Assembly (NCBI GenBank): GCA_019058245.1
Contig: JAHPZJ010000013.1
Coordinates: 406,289 to 470,288 of the forward strand
Length of the DNA stretch: 64,000 nt
Direction of reading: 5' to 3'
From: Promethearchaeota archaeon
GTDB lineage: Archaea > Asgardarchaeota > Lokiarchaeia > Sigyniarchaeales > SOKP01
Within the stretch, counting starts at the first letter, position 1. Every line of letters starts with the position of its first letter. This document shows, piece by piece, positions 20,107 to 29,258 of the stretch. Below the pieces are notes generated by a model, which saw nothing but the letters and a program-made list of their open reading frames with translations, did no database searches and was not told the origin of the DNA. The position numbers and the translations under genes were made by a program.

Positions 20107-20928
20107 TTATTGACTAATACCTATTGCGATGAAATATACGATACTCGAGAAGAAATGGTTAAGTTGAAGTCGATTTTCTAGTTCCAACATCCAAGCATTA
20201 TACTCTTCTTCTGTGATTATTTTCTGATCTAATGCACCAGATGCAGCGTGTCTAATGGATTGAGTCAACGAGCTATTTTCATCTGTTGCAATTGAAACTA
20301 AAGGACAAATGTTAATATCCTTCAAGCCATTAGCATTGAGCAAACTAAATAATTGTCTACCACTCCAATTGTTCCCATCCTTATGATCAGTTCTCCAATG
20401 GAGTATTTTGCGCGTTACCTTGCGGTTTGGATGATCAACAGTTAGTGTCTCAAAATCCCAATCCATCAAGGCAATTTTTCCTCCGGATTTAACAGTGCGA
20501 ATTAATTCCTCTACAACTCTTAGAGGATCATTTACATGAAGCAATAATCTTGTAGCGAAAACACTATCGAAATTATTATCCTGACAAGGAAGATCTTCCG
20601 CATCTCCAACCTTAAATTGAATTAAATTAACTAAATTATCTTTACTTGCTTGTTCAAGAGCGAATGATATAATGCCTGGAGAATTATCGATCCCAGTTAT
20701 ACTTCCTCCCGGTTCAAGAAATGGTGCTATCAACCGAGATAATACTCCACTACCACATCCAACATCTAATAAATGTTCTCCAGGTTTTGGATTGAGTATA
20801 TCTCTGAATCTTAAATTGATTTGGACCTGATCTGGATATTTTGAGCGTTTTTCAATATATTCAGCCATTTTTTTTGCTGTTTCTGGCTTTTTATTTGATT
20901 CCTTAGACCATAAGCTTGTTGGAACCAT
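20107..20928 (-). CDS. Class I SAM-dependent methyltransferase (UbiE/PRK08317-like)
   Basis: LLDVGCGSG, GDAEDLP, FDSV, LLHVNDP, KSGG. Confidence 0.9.
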   Translation of the reverse strand: MVPTSLWSKESNKKPETAKKMAEYIEKRSKYPDQVQINLRFRDILNPKPGEHLLDVGCGSGVLSRLIAPFLEPGGSITGIDNSPGIISFALEQASKDNLVNLIQFKVGDAEDLPCQDNNFDSVFATRLLLHVNDPLRVVEELIRTVKSGGKIALMDWDFETLTVDHPNRKVTRKILHWRTDHKDGNNWSGRQLFSLLNANGLKDINICPLVSIATDENSSLTQSIRHAASGALDQKIITEEEYNAWMLELENRLQLNHFFSSIVYFIAIGISQ

Positions 20929-21167
20929 TTTGGATCATGCGTTTGAAAGTAATTTATCCAATTTTTTAATCTTATTTTTATTCTAATTCGATTAAATTAT
21001 AAAATAAATTGATTAGTCAATTACTATCTTAATTTTAATTTAAACTTACCTCAATTAAATTATAATGAAGATGTGATTATCTTTTTTAATAACCAGAGCA
21101 TAAGTATTCCATTGTTATTGCAGGATTATATAGGCAGTTTTCATTTCAAAAAAGTATAACTTATATA

Positions 21168-22007
21168 TTATTTTGATTCAAAGATTTTGCGAATTTTGTC
21201 AAACCTTTCATTTCTCGATAATCTATTGGCTATCGGGTTATGATCTCCATATAATCCCTTATGATATACTTGTCTGTGAGTTTGATAAAAAAGTCCTATA
21301 GTGAACCTATGTAAATTCCTAGCAGCAGTTAAAGCTTCTTCCATTGTTTTCGGTTCTTTACCAATGTATTCAATCTTATCCTTGAATTCCTCCCATTTGT
21401 GGTAGGGCATCGCAGGTTGCAAAATTTCGATAAAGGAAAATCCTTCATGCTCTATAGCTTTCACAAGAGTTTCCGTTAAATGTTTAATTTCACCAGAATA
21501 GCATCTTGCTACAAATGTTGCTCCTGCTTCAATAAGTAAAGAAATGGGATTAAAAGGAATCTCAAAACTTCCCATTGGGGTTGATGGTCCTTTCCAACCC
21601 TCCTGAGTTAAGGGAGAAAATTGACCTGTCGTGAGAGCATAAACTCCATTATTATGCAAGATCATAGTGATATCCATGTTACGTTTTGCTGCAAAGAGAG
21701 TATGAGCTAAACCTTCTCCTAAACCACTCCCATCACCAGAAAAAGTTATCACTTTTAAATTAGGATTAGAAATTTTGATCCCAGAAGCAGTGGTTATTTC
21801 TCTTCCATGTAATGAATAAATCCCGCTTAAATTAAAATAATCAAAAATTTTTGCATGACATCCAATTCCAGCGGTCATAATCATATTCTCTCGTTTAATA
21901 CCTTTTTGCTCTAGTATGGGAAGTGCATTTCTAATTGCTGTAAAAATCCCGAAATTACCGCATCCAGGACACCATGTAATTTCAGCATATGTTTTAAGAT
22001 CTTCCAT
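21168..22007 (-). CDS. korB: 2-oxoacid:ferredoxin oxidoreductase beta subunit
   Basis: WCPGCG, GIGC, HGR, GDG TPP motif, NNGVYALTTGQ. Confidence 0.9.
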   Translation of the reverse strand: MEDLKTYAEITWCPGCGNFGIFTAIRNALPILEQKGIKRENMIMTAGIGCHAKIFDYFNLSGIYSLHGREITTASGIKISNPNLKVITFSGDGSGLGEGLAHTLFAAKRNMDITMILHNNGVYALTTGQFSPLTQEGWKGPSTPMGSFEIPFNPISLLIEAGATFVARCYSGEIKHLTETLVKAIEHEGFSFIEILQPAMPYHKWEEFKDKIEYIGKEPKTMEEALTAARNLHRFTIGLFYQTHRQVYHKGLYGDHNPIANRLSRNERFDKIRKIFESK

Positions 22008-22008
22008 A

Positions 22009-23670
22009 TTATTTGAGCACCTCCTTTATTTGATTTGATAAATCTATAGGATCAAATGGACGACCATCATATTGTTTTATTGTATTTCTTATCTTTAATC
22101 CAGCTCTTTCGTTTAAAAGCTTAGTAAATTGACCAGTAGAACTTTGTTCAATAACAATATTATCATGATCTTTAAACTCTTCTATTTCCCATATAGGTAA
22201 AGGACTCAAATATATTGGGGCAATAGTAGTAGGATTTAATCTTCCATATTTAAGAGCCTCTAATACACTCATATAAGTAGAACCATAAGTGAATATGTTA
22301 GTAGGATTTTCACCTCGAATTATTTTAACAGTTTTTTGCCCTTTTAAATAATCTATAAGTGAATCTAACTTTTTATTTCTTTTATCATGCATAAATGAAA
22401 TCATCTTTGCATTTTCTGTAGTAATTCCTAATTCATCATGCTCATAACTGTTCCATTTTATTATCTTTTTAGATGGTGGAAATAACATGGGGGAAATTCC
22501 ATCATCAGTATCCAAATATCGTTTATATTCGCCCTCTTTATGTATTTTTGGCTCGGCCCACTTAGATTTTTCTAATTCAGCTTCTATTGTCATACTACTC
22601 TCTGAAAGATGTTTTTCAGTTAATAATATTCCTGGTGTCTGAAATTTCCATACTAGATCTAACATTTCGGCAGTAAGATAATATGCCTCTCTAATTGTAG
22701 TAGGAGAAGCAACTATTCTTAGAAAATCTCCATGAGCTGCAGTTAAAGCGAAAGCTAAATCTGCCTGTTCTGTATAAGTAGGCACCCCTGTTGCAGGACC
22801 TGGTCGCTGAGATAAAACAACTAATACAGGTGCTTCTGTCATACCTGCTAAAGAGAATCCTTCTACCATAAGAGCAAATCCCCCTCCACTCGTACCAACC
22901 ATGGCTCTTGCTCCTGTAAAACTTGAACCAATTGCCATATTAATGACTGCTATTTCACTTTCAGCATGAACTACTGCTAAACCAAAATTTTCAGCTTCCC
23001 TAGCGAGTGTGTGTAAGATTGAGGATGCGGGAGTCATAGGATAACCAAAATATACATCCAATCCTCCAGCTACAGCACCAAAACTAATTGCCTCATTTCC
23101 TGTAAGAATTGATCTTTTTTTATCTCCTCTTTCTAAGTAAAATTTCTTTCCACAAGCAGGATAAACAATATCATATATTGTATTTGCAAAGCTAATATTA
23201 TCTTCTATTCCTCTTGGATATTCCTCTTCAATCATTTGTTTCATTTCTTCTTTTTCGAATCCGATTGTTGCTGCTAATATTGCTATTGCCCCAACTCCAA
23301 ACATTAACTCTTTCATTGGATACTTTTCTGCTTCTGTTGTTAATGATATTCCTATGCCGTTATCAATTTCCTGTTCATCTAAATTAAAAATCATAATCCC
23401 ATTTTCAGCAATATCATTTTTGTGTATTTTATAACTTCGTTGATCAAAATTTACAACCAGATTAGCATTCATATATTGACTACTGATCCATCTAGGGCTT
23501 GTACTTACAACAGAAAAGTTATGTCCACCTCTTATTAAACTCATATAATCATCCATTTGAAACACATGCTGACCTATACTGGAGAATATATGTGCTGCCA
23601 CAGAACCCGCTTTCTTTACACCTTCACCAGCTTTGCCTCCAACTAAAAATGTAAAAACATCTGAATCCAT
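22009..23670 (-). CDS. korA: 2-oxoacid:ferredoxin oxidoreductase alpha subunit (gamma-alpha fusion)
   Basis: GGKAGEG, IRGGHN, YPMTPAS, ESEIA, TSGGG, QRPGPATGVPT. Confidence 0.9.
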   Translation of the reverse strand: MDSDVFTFLVGGKAGEGVKKAGSVAAHIFSSIGQHVFQMDDYMSLIRGGHNFSVVSTSPRWISSQYMNANLVVNFDQRSYKIHKNDIAENGIMIFNLDEQEIDNGIGISLTTEAEKYPMKELMFGVGAIAILAATIGFEKEEMKQMIEEEYPRGIEDNISFANTIYDIVYPACGKKFYLERGDKKRSILTGNEAISFGAVAGGLDVYFGYPMTPASSILHTLAREAENFGLAVVHAESEIAVINMAIGSSFTGARAMVGTSGGGFALMVEGFSLAGMTEAPVLVVLSQRPGPATGVPTYTEQADLAFALTAAHGDFLRIVASPTTIREAYYLTAEMLDLVWKFQTPGILLTEKHLSESSMTIEAELEKSKWAEPKIHKEGEYKRYLDTDDGISPMLFPPSKKIIKWNSYEHDELGITTENAKMISFMHDKRNKKLDSLIDYLKGQKTVKIIRGENPTNIFTYGSTYMSVLEALKYGRLNPTTIAPIYLSPLPIWEIEEFKDHDNIVIEQSSTGQFTKLLNERAGLKIRNTIKQYDGRPFDPIDLSNQIKEVLK

Positions 23671-23834
23671 TTATTTCTTAACCTCTAATTATTAAATTTT
23701 AGGGTCATAACTGATTAAATATATTTTTGATTTAGCTATAAATTATTTAAATATATGGATTATAATATCTTAATCTTAGAATTATTAGATTATATAGCTA
23801 TTAAAACAAGGGAATTTTGAACTTTAAATTCTAA

Positions 23835-24854
23835 TTAATCTATTATCTTTCTAATTTTTTTATATCTTTTGATATTTCTTCTAATTATTATAGGAAAATA
23901 ACATAACTCAAGAAAGAATAATAGTAAAAAAAATTGAATATATACTGAATAGACTATCCAGGAAAATATTAAAAGAAGAGACAATCCTTCAATAAATATA
24001 AGAATCCATATTAGGATTATTAATCTATGATAATATAACCCTCTGATTAGAACATCATTTGTAATTGTATTTTCACATGATCGACAGAGTCTATTATCGA
24101 ATCGTATTTTATTGCCACACTTTGGGCAAAAATATAAATCTTTTTTAATAAAATATAACGTTCCAATTAACGTAGAAAAGACTAAAATTGAAGAAATAAT
24201 TGTGGTATAAGATATAATGAATTTATTATAAGTATAGAGAAGTCTGATATTCCCAATCATAATATAATAATCCAATTCTGGATTATTTTCTGTAATATTA
24301 ATACAAAAGGCAATTTCACTTAGTTGTTTCTCTTCAAAAATTTCGGTTAAATCAATAGTTTGTTCAAGATCATATTCTTCCCAAGGGTGTTGTGTAATCT
24401 CAGACATGTTGAAGTTATCGATTATTTCTTCGTGGTTAGGTTTATTATTCCAAGTTATCTCAGAATAATTCAAATTTGATTCAATCAATATTAAATTTAA
24501 TTCAACATCTTCTACATCAGGACCATTAATATTATGTAAACTGTAAGAAGCAACAACAAGGTGAAGTGCTTCTGTTTCTTTTGGCAATATTGCAAGGTTA
24601 TAATGGATAAATACTTCACAGGAATTTCCAAATTCTGTGTTTTTGCTTGAAGGAAAAAAATAATTCACATCAGGATTGCTTTGGTCCACATGTGTTAAAC
24701 GGTCTACTTCTAATTCTCTGAGATATTTAGTAGTTATACCAATATTCCCACCAAATAAAGGAATAAAATTAATAATTAATAGAAAGAAAGATAGGATTGC
24801 TAAACTAATAAAAATTACTTTAGTTCTCAAATTCTTAATATATTGTGTTTTCAT
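23835..24854 (-). CDS. Membrane protein with extracellular domain (DNRLRE-like) and zinc ribbon; paralog of 24879-25907
   Basis: N-terminal TM, VDQSNPDVNY and ITWNNKP, second TM, CPKC...CRSC, two C-terminal TMs. Confidence 0.8.
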   Translation of the reverse strand: MKTQYIKNLRTKVIFISLAILSFFLLIINFIPLFGGNIGITTKYLRELEVDRLTHVDQSNPDVNYFFPSSKNTEFGNSCEVFIHYNLAILPKETEALHLVVASYSLHNINGPDVEDVELNLILIESNLNYSEITWNNKPNHEEIIDNFNMSEITQHPWEEYDLEQTIDLTEIFEEKQLSEIAFCINITENNPELDYYIMIGNIRLLYTYNKFIISYTTIISSILVFSTLIGTLYFIKKDLYFCPKCGNKIRFDNRLCRSCENTITNDVLIRGLYYHRLIILIWILIFIEGLSLLLIFSWIVYSVYIQFFLLLFFLELCYFPIIIRRNIKRYKKIRKIID

Positions 24855-24878
24855 TTTAATTCGATTTTACTTAGTATC

Positions 24879-25907
24879 TTAGTTTTTATAGTTTCTTACT
24901 TTTTTACGTATTTTTATCGAAAAGAAAATTATAGAGAAAATTAGTAAAGCTCCAACGATACAACCAATCTCCATAGCTCCAAAAAAAGGAAGGATGGAAT
25001 AAAAAATGTTAAAGGATGTGGTTATAAGAAGAAAAATTACCTCAAAAAAAGCAAATATCCATAATAAAATTATTAATATTTGATAGTACAAACTAGTTCT
25101 TAGCATTTCATGTTCAAAAGGTTTCTGGCATGATGAACACCATAATTCAGTAAAATTCCTCTTTGTTTTACAATTTGGACAATAATATATACCTTTTCTC
25201 AGATAAACTATTGTTCCAATTAACATAATAAAAATTATAATTGAAGAAATAATTGCTGTATAAGATATAAGAAATTGTTCATAACTATATAGAAGCTTGA
25301 TTCCGGATAGATAAACAATATCCTTCAATTCTTCATTATTTTCCGTAATATTAATACAAAAACTAATCTCTGTTTGTTGTCTTTCTTCAAAAATTTCTGT
25401 TAAATCAACGGTTTTTTCAAGATCATAATATTCTACAGTAAAATGATTCCTAATTGCAGAAGCATTTACAGTTTCGATTATTTCTTCATGCTTAGGTTTA
25501 TTATTCCAATTAATTTCGGAAGAATTCCAATTTGAGTCAACCAAAATTAAATTTATTTCAAAATCTTTAATATAAAACATATAAGAATAGGATTGAAAAC
25601 CATTAATCGTAAAATATAACTTTTTTGTTTCTTTTGGTAATGATTGAAGATTAAAATGGACAAAAAATTGACAAGAATTTCCAACAATAGTATTATACAT
25701 TAAATAATTATAATAGTTCATATCTGGATTACTTTGATTTACATATGCTACACGATCCCAGCCTAAATCTCTGGTATATTTAGTAGTTATACCTACATTC
25801 CCACTAAAGAAAGGAATAAAATTAATAATCAATAGAAAAGAAGATATGATCGCTAAACTAATAAAAATTACTTTGGTCCTCAAATTATTGATATTTTGTT
25901 TTTTCAT
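24879..25907 (-). CDS. Membrane protein with extracellular domain (DNRLRE-like) and zinc ribbon; paralog of 23835-24854
   Basis: Same architecture: YVNQSNPDMNY, INWNNKP, CPNC...CSSC. Confidence 0.8.
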   Translation of the reverse strand: MKKQNINNLRTKVIFISLAIISSFLLIINFIPFFSGNVGITTKYTRDLGWDRVAYVNQSNPDMNYYNYLMYNTIVGNSCQFFVHFNLQSLPKETKKLYFTINGFQSYSYMFYIKDFEINLILVDSNWNSSEINWNNKPKHEEIIETVNASAIRNHFTVEYYDLEKTVDLTEIFEERQQTEISFCINITENNEELKDIVYLSGIKLLYSYEQFLISYTAIISSIIIFIMLIGTIVYLRKGIYYCPNCKTKRNFTELWCSSCQKPFEHEMLRTSLYYQILIILLWIFAFFEVIFLLITTSFNIFYSILPFFGAMEIGCIVGALLIFSIIFFSIKIRKKVRNYKN

Positions 25908-25918
25908 CTTTATCCCTT

Positions 25919-27268
25919 TTAAATTAATTTATTTGTTTGATATTTATCAATAGAAATGATTGGTTCTAATTCAGGTAATTTTTTTTTTGGATTTTTTAAT
26001 GACTTTAATTCTGATTTAACATCATTTTTAATTTGGGATTTATTCTGGACTTTTGTTATATTTAATAGTTTCAATGTTCTTTTATAATACCTAATTGCTT
26101 TTTGCTTTAAATTTAAATTAACAAAGACTCTTGCCAAATTCCAATAATAGAGAAAATTATCTCTGTATAACTTTATTGCAGTTAAGAATTTATTTAATGC
26201 ATTTTTATAATCTTGTTTATAAAAACTTTTAATACCTTGATAGAATATATCTAAAGAATATCTTCTTATAATATTAGGAGAAAATAGCTTGAGATGATGT
26301 TTTTGAATATCTTGAGATAATTGCTCAATCTTTTTTACCATCTTATCTTTCTCAGTTTTAGAAGAAAGTAGTGTTTCAATCATACCCAAACCATATGATT
26401 CAATAGAAGCAAATATTATTTTCTGACTTCCTGGTATTAAAGGGGCTTTTATTAAAGCGTTTAGTAAAATTTCATGAAATTTATATCTAATTAGAATTTC
26501 TGGTAATTCTAAAATTTGAGAGCCATCAAAATCAGCGAAAAATTTAAAATTCTTCATTTCGTCTATAAAGATTTTAACAATTAGGGGAGAAATTATTAAT
26601 GAATCTTTAATCAATTTAAAATTTATTTTTCTATTATCATTTTTTATAAATTTAATTGTCTTTATAAGTAAATTATTTAAAAGATCTTCTTGTTCTTTTG
26701 TAATAAATAAATCTTTAAAATCTATTATCTTATTTATCAATAATTTTTTACGAATACACGTAAAACCTTGAAATATTTCAACGATATTACTCATTTCTGG
26801 CTTATTACACACAAATTCTACAGAAGGGATTGATTCTTTATTATAAAAACTTGTTTGAACTATATTTTCAAATCCAATTTTTTCTAAAATTTCCTGCAAC
26901 AATTGAGGAGGAAAGCAAAATTTATGTTCTAAACCTTCATGAGGAAGACCATATATCCAACTTAAAATATCCTTTTTTTTTTCATAATCTGAATTTAAAT
27001 ATGTGCGAAAAGCTTTTTCTAAATCAGGAGTCTCTAAGATCAATTTACCCTTGGGTTCTAAAACTCTAAAATATTCACTTATAGCATAAATGGATTGGTA
27101 TAATCCTAAATGCTCAATTAAATGAATTGCCTTTACTTCTTGGCAGGAAAAATCTTCAAACTCAAGATTTACTGCTGACATCTTTTTGTCAGCAATTAGA
27201 TCCTCATAAAGATCTATATTAATGTATTCCGGTTCAAATTGCTTCCCACAACCAATATTCAATTTCAT
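25919..27268 (-). CDS. Class I SAM methyltransferase domain fused to C-terminal TPR repeats
   Basis: KLNIGCG, HLIEHL, RVLEPKG, ETPDL; TPR-like YKNALNKFLTAIKL...YYWNLARVF...AIRYYKRTL. Confidence 0.82.
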   Translation of the reverse strand: MKLNIGCGKQFEPEYINIDLYEDLIADKKMSAVNLEFEDFSCQEVKAIHLIEHLGLYQSIYAISEYFRVLEPKGKLILETPDLEKAFRTYLNSDYEKKKDILSWIYGLPHEGLEHKFCFPPQLLQEILEKIGFENIVQTSFYNKESIPSVEFVCNKPEMSNIVEIFQGFTCIRKKLLINKIIDFKDLFITKEQEDLLNNLLIKTIKFIKNDNRKINFKLIKDSLIISPLIVKIFIDEMKNFKFFADFDGSQILELPEILIRYKFHEILLNALIKAPLIPGSQKIIFASIESYGLGMIETLLSSKTEKDKMVKKIEQLSQDIQKHHLKLFSPNIIRRYSLDIFYQGIKSFYKQDYKNALNKFLTAIKLYRDNFLYYWNLARVFVNLNLKQKAIRYYKRTLKLLNITKVQNKSQIKNDVKSELKSLKNPKKKLPELEPIISIDKYQTNKLI

Positions 27269-27525
27269 TTTTTATCCTTAAAATCTTTTATACTTATACT
27301 AGAATATTTTGTTCCGCGAGCGTATATGGGATCTGTGGTTTTTGAATATAAAATTAAAGTTACATTCCAAAAGAAAAATACAAAAATCGTGAGAATTACA
27401 ATCAACATTAAAGCAAGGATTAATGGATATCGATTTTTAAAAAAAAGAGTATTAGTAATTTCTTTACGTGATAAACCCAATTCTTTTCCAATCTTGTAAA
27501 GTTGTATAATATTTTTATGGATCAA
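27265..27525 (-). CDS. Small single-TM protein, candidate radical SAM substrate (copy 3)
   Basis: 86 aa, TTG start; KIGKELGLS, TM, PIYARGTKYSSI; stop overlaps the next start (ATGA). Confidence 0.82.
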   Translation of the reverse strand: MIHKNIIQLYKIGKELGLSRKEITNTLFFKNRYPLILALMLIVILTIFVFFFWNVTLILYSKTTDPIYARGTKYSSISIKDFKDKK

Positions 27526-27551
27526 ATTTAATCATCCATTTTTATCACTCA

Positions 27552-27821
27552 TCATTTAATTTTCTTTTTATCTTTAAAATCTTTCATACTAATACTAGAA
27601 TATAAAGTTCCACGAGCGTATATGGGATCTGTGGTTTTTGAATATAAAATTAAAGCTACATTCCAAAAGAAAAATGCAAAAATCGTGAGAATTACAATCA
27701 GCATTAAAGCAAGGATTAATGGATATCGATTTTTAAAAAAAAGAGTATTAGTAATTTCTTTACGTGATAAACCCAATTCTTTTCCAATCTTGCAAAGTTG
27801 TATAATATTTTTATATATCAA
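27552..27821 (-). CDS. Small single-TM protein, candidate radical SAM substrate (copy 2)
   Basis: 89 aa, TTG start; 80/86 aa identical to copy 3; PIYARGTLYSSI. Confidence 0.82.
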   Translation of the reverse strand: MIYKNIIQLCKIGKELGLSRKEITNTLFFKNRYPLILALMLIVILTIFAFFFWNVALILYSKTTDPIYARGTLYSSISMKDFKDKKKIK

Positions 27822-27823
27822 AT

Positions 27824-28114
27824 TTAAACGCCCCCTTTTGTATAATATATTAGTTTATTTTTATTTTTAAAATCTTTTATACCAATACTGGAATAATAAG
27901 TTCCTTGAGCATATACTGGTTCTTGAGATTTTGCATAAAAGATTAACATTATATTCCAAAAAACAAGTGCAAAAACCGAGAGAATTACAATCATTATTAA
28001 AACAATTACCAATGAATGTCGATTTTTAAAAAAAAGAGTTCTATTGATTTCTTTGTGTGATAATCCTAATTCTTTTCCAATCTTATACAATTGAACAATA
28101 TCTTTCAAAACCAA
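27824..28114 (-). CDS. Small single-TM protein, candidate radical SAM substrate (copy 1)
   Basis: 96 aa, TTG start; KIGKELGLS, TM, PVYAQGTYYSSI. Confidence 0.82.
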   Translation of the reverse strand: MVLKDIVQLYKIGKELGLSHKEINRTLFFKNRHSLVIVLIMIVILSVFALVFWNIMLIFYAKSQEPVYAQGTYYSSIGIKDFKNKNKLIYYTKGGV

Positions 28115-28133
28115 ATTATTCCCTCTAATTATT

Positions 28134-29258
28134 TCATTTCAATAAAAGTTTTTGATATAGGTATTTATAATTTGAAATTTTAGAATCAATCTTCCACCTA
28201 AATGGGAAAGATTTATTTTTAAATAATTCATTCTCAATTGCTCTTAAACAATATGGATTATCAGAACTATTTAAAGCTAACCTTGTACCTAAACATCCAG
28301 CTTTACATTTTTTAAACATCTTACATGTAGCACAATAATTTTTTAAGTCTATTTTTTCAGAATATTGAGCATATTTCAAATCAAATCTATAATTTATGAT
28401 ATTTGAAAGTGTAGTGGTTCTAATATTACCTTCAATAAAATCATCAGGTAAAGTTAAACACCCCTTAATATTACCATTGCTTTGAATTCCTAAAACAGAT
28501 TTACCTGCTTGACAACCAATCCATGGTTCCAATCCTAATTCTGGTAAAAAATTTGAAAAATATCCAAAACAATGAGCACCTATTAGGGGCAATTCTTTTA
28601 TTGAATACTTTTGAAGGCTTGATGCGATAAACATAGCTACTCCATAAAATTCTTTTCGAGAAATCACCAAATCTCTTGGAAATCTTCCAATCGGTATGGC
28701 TATTTGGATTTGCCAGGCAATTTTTCTATTAATTAATAAAGCACGAATTAGTTTCAATTCCTTAAAGTTGAGTTTACTAACTGTAGTTATAACACTAACC
28801 GGGATGTTTTCTTTTTGGAGTAGTTTTATTGATTCTAATACCTTATAATATGCTCCTTTAATCCCCCTTATATAGTCATGTGTTTCAGGAATTGCGCCAT
28901 CTAAACTCAAAGAAACACATTCTGGTTGTAATTCTTTTAGCTTAGTAAGGTGATTTTTTATCACTAAACCATTAGAAACAATAGTAAGTTTCATTTTTTG
29001 TTTTTTAATTTCTTGTGCGACTTCATACCAATCATCTCTTAAGAATGGTTCACCACCCATTAATGCAATCCCATCATATCCACAAGATCTTAAATCATTG
29101 ACTAATAATAATGCTTCTTCTGTACTGAGTTCATTAGAGCGAATTTTGCCGGCTGATGAGCCACAATGAATACATTTACTATTGCATTTTAATGTAAATT
29201 CCCATACAGCACATTTATGTTTGAAGAAATTGGATAATTGATAATGTAAATTTGACAT
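28134..29258 (-). CDS. Radical SAM/SPASM domain protein (peptide-maturase-like)
   Basis: AVWEFTLKCNSKCIHCGSSAG, GGEP, SLDG; SPASM GCQAG...IKGC...CATCKMFKKCKAGC...YC. Confidence 0.92.
   Translation of the reverse strand: MSNLHYQLSNFFKHKCAVWEFTLKCNSKCIHCGSSAGKIRSNELSTEEALLLVNDLRSCGYDGIALMGGEPFLRDDWYEVAQEIKKQKMKLTIVSNGLVIKNHLTKLKELQPECVSLSLDGAIPETHDYIRGIKGAYYKVLESIKLLQKENIPVSVITTVSKLNFKELKLIRALLINRKIAWQIQIAIPIGRFPRDLVISRKEFYGVAMFIASSLQKYSIKELPLIGAHCFGYFSNFLPELGLEPWIGCQAGKSVLGIQSNGNIKGCLTLPDDFIEGNIRTTTLSNIINYRFDLKYAQYSEKIDLKNYCATCKMFKKCKAGCLGTRLALNSSDNPYCLRAIENELFKNKSFPFRWKIDSKISNYKYLYQKLLLK

Larger units (their letters stand above)
27265..28114. repeat. Tandem triplication of an approximately 290-bp gene unit
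   Basis: Near-identical DNA between 27265-27530 and 27561-27826; a more diverged third unit at about 27855-28118. Confidence 0.9.

Noticed and set aside
20107-20928. Calling the methyltransferase ArsM
   Set aside because: The characteristic ArsM Cys pattern (for example SNCV) is not evident.
27239-27870. Plus-strand ORFs 27239-27499 and 27622-27870 that resemble each other
   Set aside because: They are antisense shadows of the duplicated minus-strand peptide genes, which fit the operon and have SD-like sites.
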